Notes: generated by a model not told the origin, from the sequence alone. A stretch of 64,000 bases of DNA from Myxococcota bacterium (GCA_020629955.1 JAHDCI010000005.1:686-64685); one strand, 5' to 3'. Numbered from the stretch's first letter, positions 1 to 9,398 are shown. Program-made: numbers and translations.

Positions 1-163
1 TAATGTTCGCGGCAGTCGAAACCTGGGGCATGCGGCGAGAATACCATCGGAGGTTGTCGATGCGCCCCGCAACAGGTTGTGCCGCAGCACGATTGCCTGA
101 TTTCGGTTGGTTTCGCCGATGAAGTCATGCCCACAAAACGTGAGGAACTCGGCCATCGAGCCC

Positions 164-218
164 GATTCAGGTTCATGTGGGGGCAACCCCGTGGAGGTTC
201 GAGTCCTCTTTTCCGCAC
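164..218 (+). pseudogene. 3' fragment of tRNA-Leu(CAG); probable attachment-site remnant
   Basis: GA-TTCAGGT-TCATG anticodon loop, long variable arm GGGG-GCAA-CCCC, T arm GGAGG-TTCGAGT-CCTCT and 3' acceptor strand TTTCCGC-A are present. There is no complementary 5' acceptor strand (GCGGAA) upstream and the 5' side of the anticodon stem is not intact. Confidence 0.75.
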
Positions 219-222
219 CCCT

Positions 223-255
223 AAAATCCCGAGGCGATATCGCTCTCGGGATTTT
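223..255 (+). terminator. Rho-independent terminator after the tRNA fragment
   Basis: Perfect inverted repeat AAAATCCCGAG / CTCGGGATTTT. Confidence 0.75.
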
Positions 256-350
256 GCTATTTGAGCCATTCGCGGATGAACGCGCGCGGATTTTGAAAAG
301 CTGCCGCACGCTCTTGCAGCGAGGCAATCGAGCCTTCTAGACTTTGAACC

Positions 351-734
351 GTGAGTGAGTGGGATGGCGAACGCGATCAGAGGTTGATTGCGATGGTGAT
401 GGAAGGTCAGTCCTCGTGGGACGAGATCAGCGTAGCTCTTGAGCGGAGCCGAATCGACTGCATGGTGAGGGCCGGGGAGCTCGGCTTACGCGGGTCGGAC
501 TCCGTGTCGTGGACGCCGGAAAGAGACCGACTCCTTCTCGCGCTTAAGGGTGCGCATCGAAGTACATCCGAAATCGCCGATATCGTGGGCCTTGGGCACC
601 GAGATGTTCTCGAGCGCTTGGATCGCCTTGGACGCTCATCAACCAAATCGAACGCCGCCGCGGGTCGGCAGGACTGCGACACGTGGGAGGACGAGGACGA
701 CGAAGAAGAGCTTCATCGGGAAGCGGAGGAATAA
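351..734 (+). CDS. Small protein with two GcrA/Myb-like HTH repeats and an acidic tail
   Basis: Two repeats: WDGERDQRL...WDEISVALERS and WTPERDRLL...TSEIADIVG...RLDRLG. Confidence 0.55.
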   Translation: MSEWDGERDQRLIAMVMEGQSSWDEISVALERSRIDCMVRAGELGLRGSDSVSWTPERDRLLLALKGAHRSTSEIADIVGLGHRDVLERLDRLGRSSTKSNAAAGRQDCDTWEDEDDEEELHREAEE

Positions 735-988
735 CCCTTCTACGGCCCCCGACCGGCCCTTTGTCGAATCATCGGAGATTCGTCTGCCTGGATGCAACGA
801 TACGAGCGAGTGGAACGTCTCGTCGATGCCCTGATCGCGGCGAGGAGAGGGTTCGCACTCACAGGTCTCGTCGGAAACGCATGAATCGATTGGTTTTTTC
901 GAAACCGCAGCCACTTCCCGAAGCGCATGACCCGCCGGACCTTCTCCCGGAGTTTGTCCACGGGGCATAGAAACGGTAGCGTTCCCGT

Positions 989-1312
989 ATGGCGAATATT
1001 CAAACGGTAGATGTGGAGATCGCAGGTGGTCGCTTTCGGATGACGACAGACTCCGGCGCAACCCGTCTGAAGGAGCTTGCAAGTCGTCTCGACCGGCGCG
1101 TGGATGACCTTGGGGACAAGGCCCGGCGAAGCGGTACCCCAGCGCAACTGCTTGCAGCGACCGCGCTATCACTACTTGAAGAGCTTGAAGAGCTTCGCGC
1201 GGAACAAGAGGCTTGGCGTGCGAAAGCGGACGAAGCGCTGACCGAATCGATCGCTCGACTCGACGCGAAACTCGCGGACGATTTCCGCTCTCGGCCCCCG
1301 TCGGCAAGCTGA
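989..1312 (+). CDS. zapA: Cell division protein ZapA
   Basis: VDVEIAGGRF N-terminus, LxELAxxLDRRV, LLAATALSL, coiled-coil C-terminus; adjacent to ygfA. Confidence 0.85.
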   Translation: MANIQTVDVEIAGGRFRMTTDSGATRLKELASRLDRRVDDLGDKARRSGTPAQLLAATALSLLEELEELRAEQEAWRAKADEALTESIARLDAKLADDFRSRPPSAS

Positions 1313-1926
1313 TGAAATCGCTCCGCGGGGCATCCGATGAAGAAGCTGCCCGGGTGGTCAAGAACGCGCTCCGGCACCAAATGAAGAACACGAGGGATAC
1401 CACTCCTCGGAAGGCGCGCGGCGAGCGATCCGCGAAGATCGCGACGGCACTTGATGAACACGAATGGCTTCGCGGCGCGAAGTGCGTACTCGCGTTCTGG
1501 CCCTTCGGCTCGGAAATCGATCTCCGGAGCTGGATGGAGAAGGAACAGACCCGCGGCCGCCAGATTTCGCTCCCGCGGATCACAGAGGATGGTCTCGAGA
1601 TTCATGATTTCCAGCCCGAGAACCTGGTCCCGCATCCGTACGGAATGCTCGAGCCTTCCGAAGACGCTCCGCGGACTCCGCGGGATGCCGTCGACGTGGT
1701 CATCGCTCCGGCGCTCGCCATCGATGCCGAGGGCCGTCGCATCGGCTACGGCGGTGGCTATTACGATCGATTGATGCCCACGCTGCCGAACGCGAAGCGC
1801 CTCGGCGTGTGCTTCGATTTTCAGTTAGTGGCGGAGCTTCCTGAGTTCGGTCACGATGAGCGCGTAGAGGCGATCCTCACGGACCGCCGATCGCTATTCT
1901 GCAACCCAATAGAACGTTCCTCCTGA
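1312..1926 (+). CDS. ygfA: 5-formyltetrahydrofolate cyclo-ligase
   Basis: SEID, LPR, YGMLEP, PALAIDxxGRRIGYGGGYYDR and HDxxV motifs; ATG at 1312 overlaps the zapA stop. Confidence 0.92.
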   Translation: MKSLRGASDEEAARVVKNALRHQMKNTRDTTPRKARGERSAKIATALDEHEWLRGAKCVLAFWPFGSEIDLRSWMEKEQTRGRQISLPRITEDGLEIHDFQPENLVPHPYGMLEPSEDAPRTPRDAVDVVIAPALAIDAEGRRIGYGGGYYDRLMPTLPNAKRLGVCFDFQLVAELPEFGHDERVEAILTDRRSLFCNPIERSS

Positions 1927-2972
1927 TGACTTATTCCAACAAATCACGCGCCCTCACCCTCTTATTGCTCGCGCTGAGCGCCAATGTGTTCGCGCAGGAC
2001 GCCGCAACTGCGGTTGAAGAAGGCGCTGAAGCGACCGCCGATGCCACCGAGGCGACGGCAGACGTCACCGCCGATGTCGCGGCCGACCCGGCCCTCGCCG
2101 CCGAACAAGGCCTCGATCAAGTCGCGGAAGGCAGCGGCGAAGAAGACCTCGGCGCGATGGACAGCGAAGCGCCGCCCCTTCTCAGCGACGAGCAGGCCAC
2201 CGCCGAGGAAGAGCTTCAAGGAGAGCGCTCGGGCACAGATCCTTACGAATACGAAGACCGCAGCTACTACTTCATCGGCGCGTTCTACAATCACAGCTTT
2301 ATCCCAGGCTTTATGCTGAGCCTCTTTCTCGACGCGTATCAGGCGACGAATAACCCGACGACTGGACTCGAGTTTACGTATCGCCGGAACGGTTTCGACA
2401 TCATGATTCGCGGCTACTGGCAACGCTTCGCCGTCGACGGTCCTTTCCGCGGTCCCGGAGATGCGGATTTCGAAACGGAGATCATCAACGCCAATATGCA
2501 GACGGCGATGCTGAGCGCGACCTTCCTCTGGGGAACACAGTTCAACAAATATATCGGCTTACAGTTCGGTATCGGCCTCGGTATCGGAGGCGCCTTCGGC
2601 GACCTGATCCGCACCGAAGCATATCCCGACTCGAACGCAGAAAGTGGCTACAGCCCATGCACTGGCCCGAGCAATCCGAACGCTTCCTACTGCGACCCGA
2701 CCAGCGTCGCGGACGGTGAAAACGGTGGCCACTACAATGTCCCGGTCCGAAACTGGGCAAACGGCGGTAGCCTCCCGTTCATGTGGTTCCGCGCGTCGAT
2801 TCCTCACCTCGCGATTCGCATCAAGCCGATCAAGCAGCTCCTGATTCGGGTCGAAGGCGGCTTCGATGTCTTCAGCGGATTCTTTGTCGGTGGAAGCCTC
2901 GGCTTTGGCTTCGGAGGCGGCTCGGACGATAGCCCACCGGAAGAAATCTTCGACGAGGTCGAGGAGGAGTAA
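1926..2972 (+). CDS. Secreted or outer-membrane hypothetical protein (beta-barrel-like)
   Basis: Signal peptide ending VFA-Q, acidic linker, alternating aromatic/Gly beta-strand pattern. Confidence 0.7.
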   Translation: MTYSNKSRALTLLLLALSANVFAQDAATAVEEGAEATADATEATADVTADVAADPALAAEQGLDQVAEGSGEEDLGAMDSEAPPLLSDEQATAEEELQGERSGTDPYEYEDRSYYFIGAFYNHSFIPGFMLSLFLDAYQATNNPTTGLEFTYRRNGFDIMIRGYWQRFAVDGPFRGPGDADFETEIINANMQTAMLSATFLWGTQFNKYIGLQFGIGLGIGGAFGDLIRTEAYPDSNAESGYSPCTGPSNPNASYCDPTSVADGENGGHYNVPVRNWANGGSLPFMWFRASIPHLAIRIKPIKQLLIRVEGGFDVFSGFFVGGSLGFGFGGGSDDSPPEEIFDEVEEE

Positions 2973-2979
2973 AGGCTTC

Positions 2980-3030
2980 TTCTCAAACAAAAAAACGCCC
3001 GCCAATGAGCGGGCGTTTTTCGTTTGAGAA
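2980..3030. terminator. Bidirectional terminator between convergent genes
   Basis: TTCTCAAAC-AAAAAAACGCCCGC / GCGGGCGTTTTT-C-GTTTGAGAA hairpin. Confidence 0.8.
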
Positions 3031-3038
3031 CTCGCTAG

Positions 3039-3428
3039 TTAGTGTTCGGCCGCCGCGCGCAGGATTCGACGGTGCTTGGCGACGCTCTTCACAAGCCCTT
3101 CCAGTGACCCCTCGATCTCCTCAAAGTCGAGCGACTCGGTGGGGAGCTCGACCGTCAGAACAACATCGCCGTCTTCGTCGTACGCAAACTTGGATTGGAC
3201 CATGTCGCGGTTCATTCGGAGCAACCATCGCGCAAGCTCAAAGCTATTGTCTCCACCCGTGGCGAGAAACGGAACGACCGACGCGACGAGCCAATGCTCA
3301 TCGAGACGCAGATAAACGCCGACTTCGCCTTCGTCAGTCTCTCGCTCCGCGTAGAGAGTCTTCTCGTCATGTTCGGACGGGTCCCAGCCCATCTTCTGAA
3401 GGTGCGTTTCGAGCGTTGAGCGATCCAC
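3039..3428 (-). CDS. YbjN-like (T3SS chaperone fold) protein
   Basis: LLRMNRDMVQSKFAYDEDGDVVLTVELPTESLD pattern; GTG start at 3428 after a GGAG-rich RBS. Confidence 0.7.
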   Translation of the reverse strand: MDRSTLETHLQKMGWDPSEHDEKTLYAERETDEGEVGVYLRLDEHWLVASVVPFLATGGDNSFELARWLLRMNRDMVQSKFAYDEDGDVVLTVELPTESLDFEEIEGSLEGLVKSVAKHRRILRAAAEH

Positions 3429-3506
3429 GTCCGCATGCTCCCTTCTCCATCCCAACAAATCAAGCCATCCTTGCGACGCGGCGCTCTGCGACTTACGGGT
3501 GATGTC

Positions 3507-3722
3507 ATGCGCGGAACTATTCGAAAGCTCGGAATCGAAGGCAGCCTTTGGGCCCTGATCAGTGATTCGGGGGAAACCGTAGAACTTCTGGATTGCCCCA
3601 AAGCACTCCAAAAGAACGGAATAAAGGCGGAAGTCGAACTCGACCGGACCGCGGCGGATGTCAGCGTGGGTATGGTCGGAGATGTCGCCGCCGTGCGATC
3701 CTTTCGCGTACTTTCGGAGTAA
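3507..3722 (+). CDS. Small hypothetical protein
   Basis: GTIRKLGIEGSLWALISDSGETVEL beta-rich sequence; fills the gap between neighbouring genes. Confidence 0.6.
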   Translation: MRGTIRKLGIEGSLWALISDSGETVELLDCPKALQKNGIKAEVELDRTAADVSVGMVGDVAAVRSFRVLSE

Positions 3723-3728
3723 CCACGC

Positions 3729-6700
3729 TCAAGGCGACGGCTCGGTCTTTTTCCGCGCCGCTAGCTTCTTCTGAAGCCCGTAACGAGAAAGCCCGAGCAT
3801 CTTCGCGGCGCGGGTAATATTGCCCTCCGTTTGCCGCAGTGCTTCGTCGATAAGCTCTTTCTCGAGAGCGCCCACGCGTGCCTTCAGGTCGAGGGACTCA
3901 AGCGACACTCGCGCGCCCAGGTGTTCGGGCAGAATCACGTCATCCGCGAGAACAGTCGCTCGGCGGAGCACGTTTTCAAGTTCGCGGACGTTTCCGGGAA
4001 AGCTTCGCTGGAGAAGCGATCTCATGGCGCTGTCGGCCATTCGGGGTGGGTCGCGTCCTTCCGCGATCGCCGCTTCACTCAAGAGCAAATGAACGAGCTC
4101 CGGGATATCCGCCAAACGTTCACTCAGTGGAGGAACATCGAGCTTCGCCACGGCGATCCGAAAGAACAGGTCCTCCCGAAAGTGCCCCTCCCTCACGAGT
4201 TTGCGAAGGTCGGTTTGCGTCGTAGCCATAAGCCGCACGTCGATATCACGTTCTCGTTCGCTACCGAGTGGGCGAATACGCCTCGTCTGAATCACTCGAA
4301 GAAGCTTTGCCTGCGCCGAGGCGCTGAGTGATTCAACGCCGTCGAGTACCAACGTTCCTCCGGCTGCGAGTTCGAACACGCCCGCACGATTCTCTTCCGC
4401 GCCGGTAAACGCACCTCGTTGGTGCCCGAAGAGTCGACTCTCCAGCAGTGAGCCCTCAAGCCCTCCGCAGCTTTCTACGAAGAGTGGCCCGCTTCGCCGA
4501 ACGCTTCGCCGGTGCATCCAATCGGCGAGGTGCTCCTTCCCCGCGCCGGGTGGACCCTGAATAAGGATTGGAAGCTCACTTTCGGCGAGGCGTGCGGCCA
4601 GGTCATAGGCCGAGCGCATCGCAACGCTGCGAGCAATCGTGCGGTCTTCCTTCGGCTCGCGCAGCCTCCCAAGTTCATGTTCTTGCCGGCGCACGCGATC
4701 CGCGAGCTCCTGGCGAAGCTTTATCAGCTCCCGGCTCTGCGTTTTGACATGTGCGTCCTGTTCCGCACGGGTAAGCGCGAGGGTCACGAGTTCGGCAAGT
4801 TCGGAGAGAATCTCCAGCTCGGTCTCGGCAAATGCAGCGGGCCTTCGTCGGTCTTCGAGATAGAGCACGCTCGCATCCCAGCGAAGCGACACACAAGCGA
4901 TGGAGCGCAGGGATTGAGCAACGACACTCGCTGCCCCGGAGAGGTCTTCATCCTCGAGCGCGTTGCGCGTCGAGACCACCCCATCTTCCAATGTCCGCGA
5001 CACGACGGATCGCGAAAACGTATTCTGAGTCGGGCCGTCTCGATACAAGGACCGCTCCGCCATCACGTGATATTGACCGTCTTCGCCTCGTCGGATCAAC
5101 AGCGCACGTTCTCCATCGACCAACTCGAGGGCCGCATCGAGGAGAGTTTTGCGCAAGCGCTTTGCCGAACGTTCCGTGACCAGCGTGCGGGTCAGTGACG
5201 CGAGCTTCCGCCACCTCAGGTGAAGTCTCACGTTCGCCGAACTCTCCTTAGCGCGCGCTTCGATCCGGGGCGCGGTCAACGCGCGCGCAAACTCCGGGAG
5301 CGCGCGAAGGCTGTACCGGTCCGATAGACCAAGCGTTTGAGAGGCGTCATCGAGCAATCGCCGCACTTGCGAGAGTGCCGCTCGCGCTTTTGCTTCATCA
5401 CGTGTCCGTTCGGCGACCTCCGAATCCCAGAATGCAAGCTCGAGCGCACCCTCAAAGCTCTTTTGGAGCGCGACCCTCGCAAGCTCGGGAAGCTCGGCGG
5501 TTCCCTCCGCACGAAGCGAAAAGCGCGCCCGCGCGAGGGCGTCCCGGCCGCGACCGTGGGCGCTCGCCGTAGCGCTTGGCACATCCTTCAGGAGTCGCTT
5601 CGCGAGCAGAGGTTCACTCGCCGCGAGCAACGATGCGGCGTGTGCGCGAACCATCGCACCGGCAGGTTGATCTCCGCTCGGGACGTGCGCCACAAGCGCC
5701 TCCAAGGAGGCACCACCAAGTCGTCGCGCGTTGGAGATTTCGCTGAGCCAGAGGAGCGCCGTCGCTGATGAGTCGGCTTGGCGCTTTAACGCGGATCTCG
5801 CGGCGTGAATCGCAGACCGAGAAAGGTCGACCTGTCCGAGAAAAGATCGAGCCCACGCCAAGTTCGCGAGAGCTCGAGATGCCTCTCGGTCTTGTCCAAG
5901 CTCCAGATATTGCGCCGCCGCGTGCCTCATCGCGGCGAGCCCGCCGCCGAGATCCCCACGGTCCCACTTTAGCGAGGCCAAGTTGGTCTCGGCCGAAGCT
6001 ACGAGTGGACCGTCTCCAAGCGCACGAGCGCTACGAAGGACCTCCGCTTGGTCCGAAGCCGCGGCAGCAAGCCGCCCGGCCATCTTATGCAGACTCCCGC
6101 GTACGCTTAGCGACCTCGCGCGAGCAACGCGGCGCGTTTCGCTCTCGAGCGTCGGCCTACCGAGTGGACGAATGGGGGCGATGGAGAGTCCGGCTAGCGC
6201 ATCTTCCGCGCCAGCCCCATCCCCGGCGCTCAGACGCCCCCACGCGATCACCGCAAGGTCTTCCGAACGCTCTGCGACGCGCATCGCTTCCGCCTCTCCT
6301 TCCGCAAGGAGGATCCACGCAAGGGTCGCAAGCGCCGCGCGTTCAGCGCCGTTCTTCGGCACAAAGCGAGAATCGAACCCGCTCCGGCGCAACACCTCTT
6401 TCGCATCCGAGACGCGTCCGAGGCGGCGAAGCGCTTCCGCGTATTCGGCAACGACCGAATGCTCCCAGCGCTCTGTATCTAGCCATGACTCCGCATACGC
6501 AATGAGCTCCGTGTATCGACCAAGGCGGCGAAGCGCTTGAAAGAGGAGCAGGTGGGCATCAAGCGAAGGTACGCGCTCAATCCATCCTCGGCAGAGTTCC
6601 GCGGCTTCTCGCGCATCGCCGTCGCGGAGCGACTCGAGCACCCTTCGAGTAAGCGGCACGGAATCGCCGCTCGCCAAATCTTGAAAAGCCCGAGCGCGGG

Positions 6701-8405
6701 GCGACTCAGACCCTTCGAGCGTTCTTGCCAGCGCCAAAGCATCCGAGATTTCGCTTTGAGAAAACGCGATGGACGAACGCAGGATAAATGTCCGACCGCG
6801 CTCGGAAGCCACGCCCTCACGCAGCGCAGCAGAAAGTTCGGCGCCGTCAAATCCTGCGGCGAGGAGCTCGGCGACGGGCACCTGCCCGCCGAGCGCTAGA
6901 AGGTGGAAAGCGAGACCTCGGCTTGTCGTTGATGTTGTTCGAGAGATCTCCAGCGCGACGCGAGCGTTTCCAGTCGCAAGTCCCCTCTCGACGATCTCGA
7001 CCGCGAGCCCGGGAAGGCCTGCGCATGCCTCGAAGAGAGCGTCCTGGTCGAGCGCGTCACCTGTTTCGACAAGCTTCGCACCAAGGGCTTCAAAGTGATC
7101 TCGATCGAGCGGAGATAGTTCGATGGAAGTCCCCTCGCTCGGCTTCGAAAGAGCCTTGCCCACAAGCCAAACTCGAGCGCCTTCGAGAGAAAGGCTTCCC
7201 ATCGCTCTCCAAAGATCAGCCTGTGAATGCAGGTGAGGTGCATAGACAATCGTATCCGCGCTCAACGAGGGAATGATGGCGTTCGGTGGAAGCTCGAGAA
7301 AATGTGGAACGCGCAATCGCTCTCGAAACGCCTCGCTCTGCGCTCGGCCTGCGGCTTCCCGCACGAACCGGTCGCGGCCGCTTCCTTCCGGCCCGGTGAC
7401 CATGATGGGCTCTGGCTCTCCCTCCGCAAGGAAGTGATTCGAAAGCACGTGAAGCTGCGCTTCATTTCCAACGAAGGGAAGGTTCGCGACGCGAAGTAGT
7501 TTTTCCCGAGGGCCAGCCGATTCGAGGCCCCTTGCGGGCAAGACGAGCGTCAGCCCTTCGGTCCGGGCGATCGTCTCGAAAAGTTCAAGTGCAGACGCAG
7601 CGCTCTCGGGCCTCCCCTCCGGTGCAATAGCGAGGAGCGCCCGGAGCAGACGCCAGGTCGCTTCGCCGAGACCGAGCGAGGAAAGGCGAGCAAGGGACGG
7701 TGGCGCCATCGCAGAGAACTTCGGCAGTTCGTGCGCGTTCCGAAGCTCGATGCTGGCGCTCTCGCTCGACGCAAGTACGGACTCTCCGAAGAGCAGCGCG
7801 ATCAGGGTTACCCCAAGAGCGTAGAAGTCGGTCTGAGGACTGCGAGTTCCCTGCCACGCCTCCGGCGCGATATAGCCGGGCGTCCCTCGTACAACATGAT
7901 CAAGTTCTGTGTTCGGTCCCGCAAGGTCGAAGTCGATCAAAACCCCGCGGCCCGAGGACGCGAGGAGGTTCGCTGGCTTGACGTCACCGTGTACAACGCC
8001 AGCGGCATGCAGCTCACGGAGCGCGACAAGCGCGTCCGCGACGAGTTGAAAAGCAAGCTGCGTGCGACGGTTGCCCGACACCAGCGCGCACGTTCGAAGC
8101 GCCGGCTCTCCTTCGATCAATTCCTCCACCAGCACCCCTGCACCGGAGGAAAACGAAAACGGCTCGGGTACCTGCTCGTCGACGAGTTGGAGCTCGAAGA
8201 CTCGCGGCAAATGAGGACTTCGAATCTTGGAGAGAAAGCCGAACTCTCGAAACAAGCGACCCAAAGCGGATTCCGGCACGACTTTAAGCGCGCGCCGCTC
8301 CTCCCGAAGAATATCCTCCACCGCCAACACGCGACCGGACGCTCCCGCCCCCAGCTCTTCGAGATGACGATAGCGATTTCGCCAGTGATATTCGGGGTCG
8401 GCCAT
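3729..8405 (-). CDS. Ser/Thr kinase - degenerate ATPase - TPR - GAF - sigma-54 activator (Fis HTH) multidomain protein
   Basis: GAGASG, ALK, HGDVKPAN and GTPGYIAPE kinase motifs; GPPGAGKE, LFGHQRGAFTGA, FREDLFFR, FPGNVRELEN; C-terminal GNITRAAKMLGLSR. Confidence 0.9.
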   Translation of the reverse strand: MADPEYHWRNRYRHLEELGAGASGRVLAVEDILREERRALKVVPESALGRLFREFGFLSKIRSPHLPRVFELQLVDEQVPEPFSFSSGAGVLVEELIEGEPALRTCALVSGNRRTQLAFQLVADALVALRELHAAGVVHGDVKPANLLASSGRGVLIDFDLAGPNTELDHVVRGTPGYIAPEAWQGTRSPQTDFYALGVTLIALLFGESVLASSESASIELRNAHELPKFSAMAPPSLARLSSLGLGEATWRLLRALLAIAPEGRPESAASALELFETIARTEGLTLVLPARGLESAGPREKLLRVANLPFVGNEAQLHVLSNHFLAEGEPEPIMVTGPEGSGRDRFVREAAGRAQSEAFRERLRVPHFLELPPNAIIPSLSADTIVYAPHLHSQADLWRAMGSLSLEGARVWLVGKALSKPSEGTSIELSPLDRDHFEALGAKLVETGDALDQDALFEACAGLPGLAVEIVERGLATGNARVALEISRTTSTTSRGLAFHLLALGGQVPVAELLAAGFDGAELSAALREGVASERGRTFILRSSIAFSQSEISDALALARTLEGSESPRARAFQDLASGDSVPLTRRVLESLRDGDAREAAELCRGWIERVPSLDAHLLLFQALRRLGRYTELIAYAESWLDTERWEHSVVAEYAEALRRLGRVSDAKEVLRRSGFDSRFVPKNGAERAALATLAWILLAEGEAEAMRVAERSEDLAVIAWGRLSAGDGAGAEDALAGLSIAPIRPLGRPTLESETRRVARARSLSVRGSLHKMAGRLAAAASDQAEVLRSARALGDGPLVASAETNLASLKWDRGDLGGGLAAMRHAAAQYLELGQDREASRALANLAWARSFLGQVDLSRSAIHAARSALKRQADSSATALLWLSEISNARRLGGASLEALVAHVPSGDQPAGAMVRAHAASLLAASEPLLAKRLLKDVPSATASAHGRGRDALARARFSLRAEGTAELPELARVALQKSFEGALELAFWDSEVAERTRDEAKARAALSQVRRLLDDASQTLGLSDRYSLRALPEFARALTAPRIEARAKESSANVRLHLRWRKLASLTRTLVTERSAKRLRKTLLDAALELVDGERALLIRRGEDGQYHVMAERSLYRDGPTQNTFSRSVVSRTLEDGVVSTRNALEDEDLSGAASVVAQSLRSIACVSLRWDASVLYLEDRRRPAAFAETELEILSELAELVTLALTRAEQDAHVKTQSRELIKLRQELADRVRRQEHELGRLREPKEDRTIARSVAMRSAYDLAARLAESELPILIQGPPGAGKEHLADWMHRRSVRRSGPLFVESCGGLEGSLLESRLFGHQRGAFTGAEENRAGVFELAAGGTLVLDGVESLSASAQAKLLRVIQTRRIRPLGSERERDIDVRLMATTQTDLRKLVREGHFREDLFFRIAVAKLDVPPLSERLADIPELVHLLLSEAAIAEGRDPPRMADSAMRSLLQRSFPGNVRELENVLRRATVLADDVILPEHLGARVSLESLDLKARVGALEKELIDEALRQTEGNITRAAKMLGLSRYGLQKKLAARKKTEPSP

Positions 8406-8520
8406 TCCTCAACAGGCAACGAAGTTGACGATGCCGCCAACAAGATTGGCACCAAGCCGCCGACCAACGCAAACGGAAGTGACCGAGAGCGACAAAATCG
8501 AAGACTCAGCCTTCAAAGCG

Positions 8521-8630
8521 CGCCCTTCGGTAAATGGGTGTCCCAGAGTGACGCCCGTCGGTAAATGGGTGTCCCAGAGTTCCGGCCGGAATGTGGGTGT
8601 TCCAGAGTGCCTTCCTCCGGAATTGGTGTC
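8521..8630. repeat. Degenerate direct repeats of about 30 bp with core TGGGTGTCCCAGAGT
   Basis: CGGTAAATGGGTGTCCCAGAGT occurs twice exactly (31-bp period), followed by two decayed copies: GAATGTGGGTGTTCCAGAGT and GAATTGGTGTC. Confidence 0.8.
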
Positions 8631-8660
8631 TTGAAATCGAGAGCGACATAGGGTGGTGAA

Positions 8661-9248
8661 ATGAACCTTGAGGATTTTGCCCAGCGCGCTCGCGACTATT
8701 GCTCGTGGATGGAGCCGTTCCTGGACGGAGTGGATGTAAGTGCAGCCGACCTTCGAAACCTCCTGCCGATCGCGGAGCAGCTACTCGATGGGCTCGTGCA
8801 GCTCGCAGACATGCCGAACGCGGCCGAGCTGGAAAGCGATGGCCTAGTTGAGGGGTCGCCGAGAGCGCCCACGATCCGTTTCACAAATGACGTACTCTCG
8901 ACTCTCTATCTCGCGCCCGATAGAGACCTCACGCGTTGGAGGGAACACGCGAAAAGTCGCAGCATCGTCGCGCCATCCTATCAATGGGTCAGATACGAAA
9001 CGCTTCCCGAAGGAGGGAGCATCGGCGACCTATCCGACGATCTCGCGTGTATCTACACGGACCTCGCACGTGGGCTCGCGTATTGGGAACGGGGCTTTGC
9101 GACCGACGCACAGTTCGAATGGAAAACCTTGATTTCCCACACTGGCCGCCATCTCGTCGATGCGGTCTGTGCGCTTCGCAGCCAACCCTTGAACTGCTCC
9201 CCACTTCGTCCGCTGGAGCTCTCGAAGCGCTCCGGAAAAGACGGCTAG
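8661..9248 (+). CDS. DUF5063-like protein
   Basis: DLSDDLACIYTDLARGL...FEWK...HTGRH...AVCAL C-terminal pattern. Confidence 0.6.
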   Translation: MNLEDFAQRARDYCSWMEPFLDGVDVSAADLRNLLPIAEQLLDGLVQLADMPNAAELESDGLVEGSPRAPTIRFTNDVLSTLYLAPDRDLTRWREHAKSRSIVAPSYQWVRYETLPEGGSIGDLSDDLACIYTDLARGLAYWERGFATDAQFEWKTLISHTGRHLVDAVCALRSQPLNCSPLRPLELSKRSGKDG

Positions 9249-9398
9249 TGCGGGGGTCAAATCGATAGAAGGGATGACCTTTCGTCAGGGCCGCCGACCC
9301 GAGGTTCGGTCAACGAACGAAAGCCGATATCGAAGGAAGAGCGAAGCTCGCCGGAGGCCCTGGCGGACGAGGGCCGTTCTAGCGATTTGAACCACGCA
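9249..9398. mobile_element. 150-bp MITE-like element flanked by CTAG on both sides
   Basis: Terminal inverted repeats 9249-9270 and 9377-9398 match at 19/22; CTAG at 9245-9248 and 9399-9402. Confidence 0.7.

Noticed and set aside
133-220. Intact tRNA-Leu gene
   Set aside because: The 5' acceptor strand and the 5' side of the anticodon stem do not pair with the 3' side.
735-988. 6S RNA or riboswitch upstream of zapA
   Set aside because: I could not identify a long rod with a central bubble or any conserved aptamer motif by eye.
8521-8630. CRISPR array
   Set aside because: The period is only about 31 bp, there are no unique spacer-length segments, and there are no cas genes in the window.
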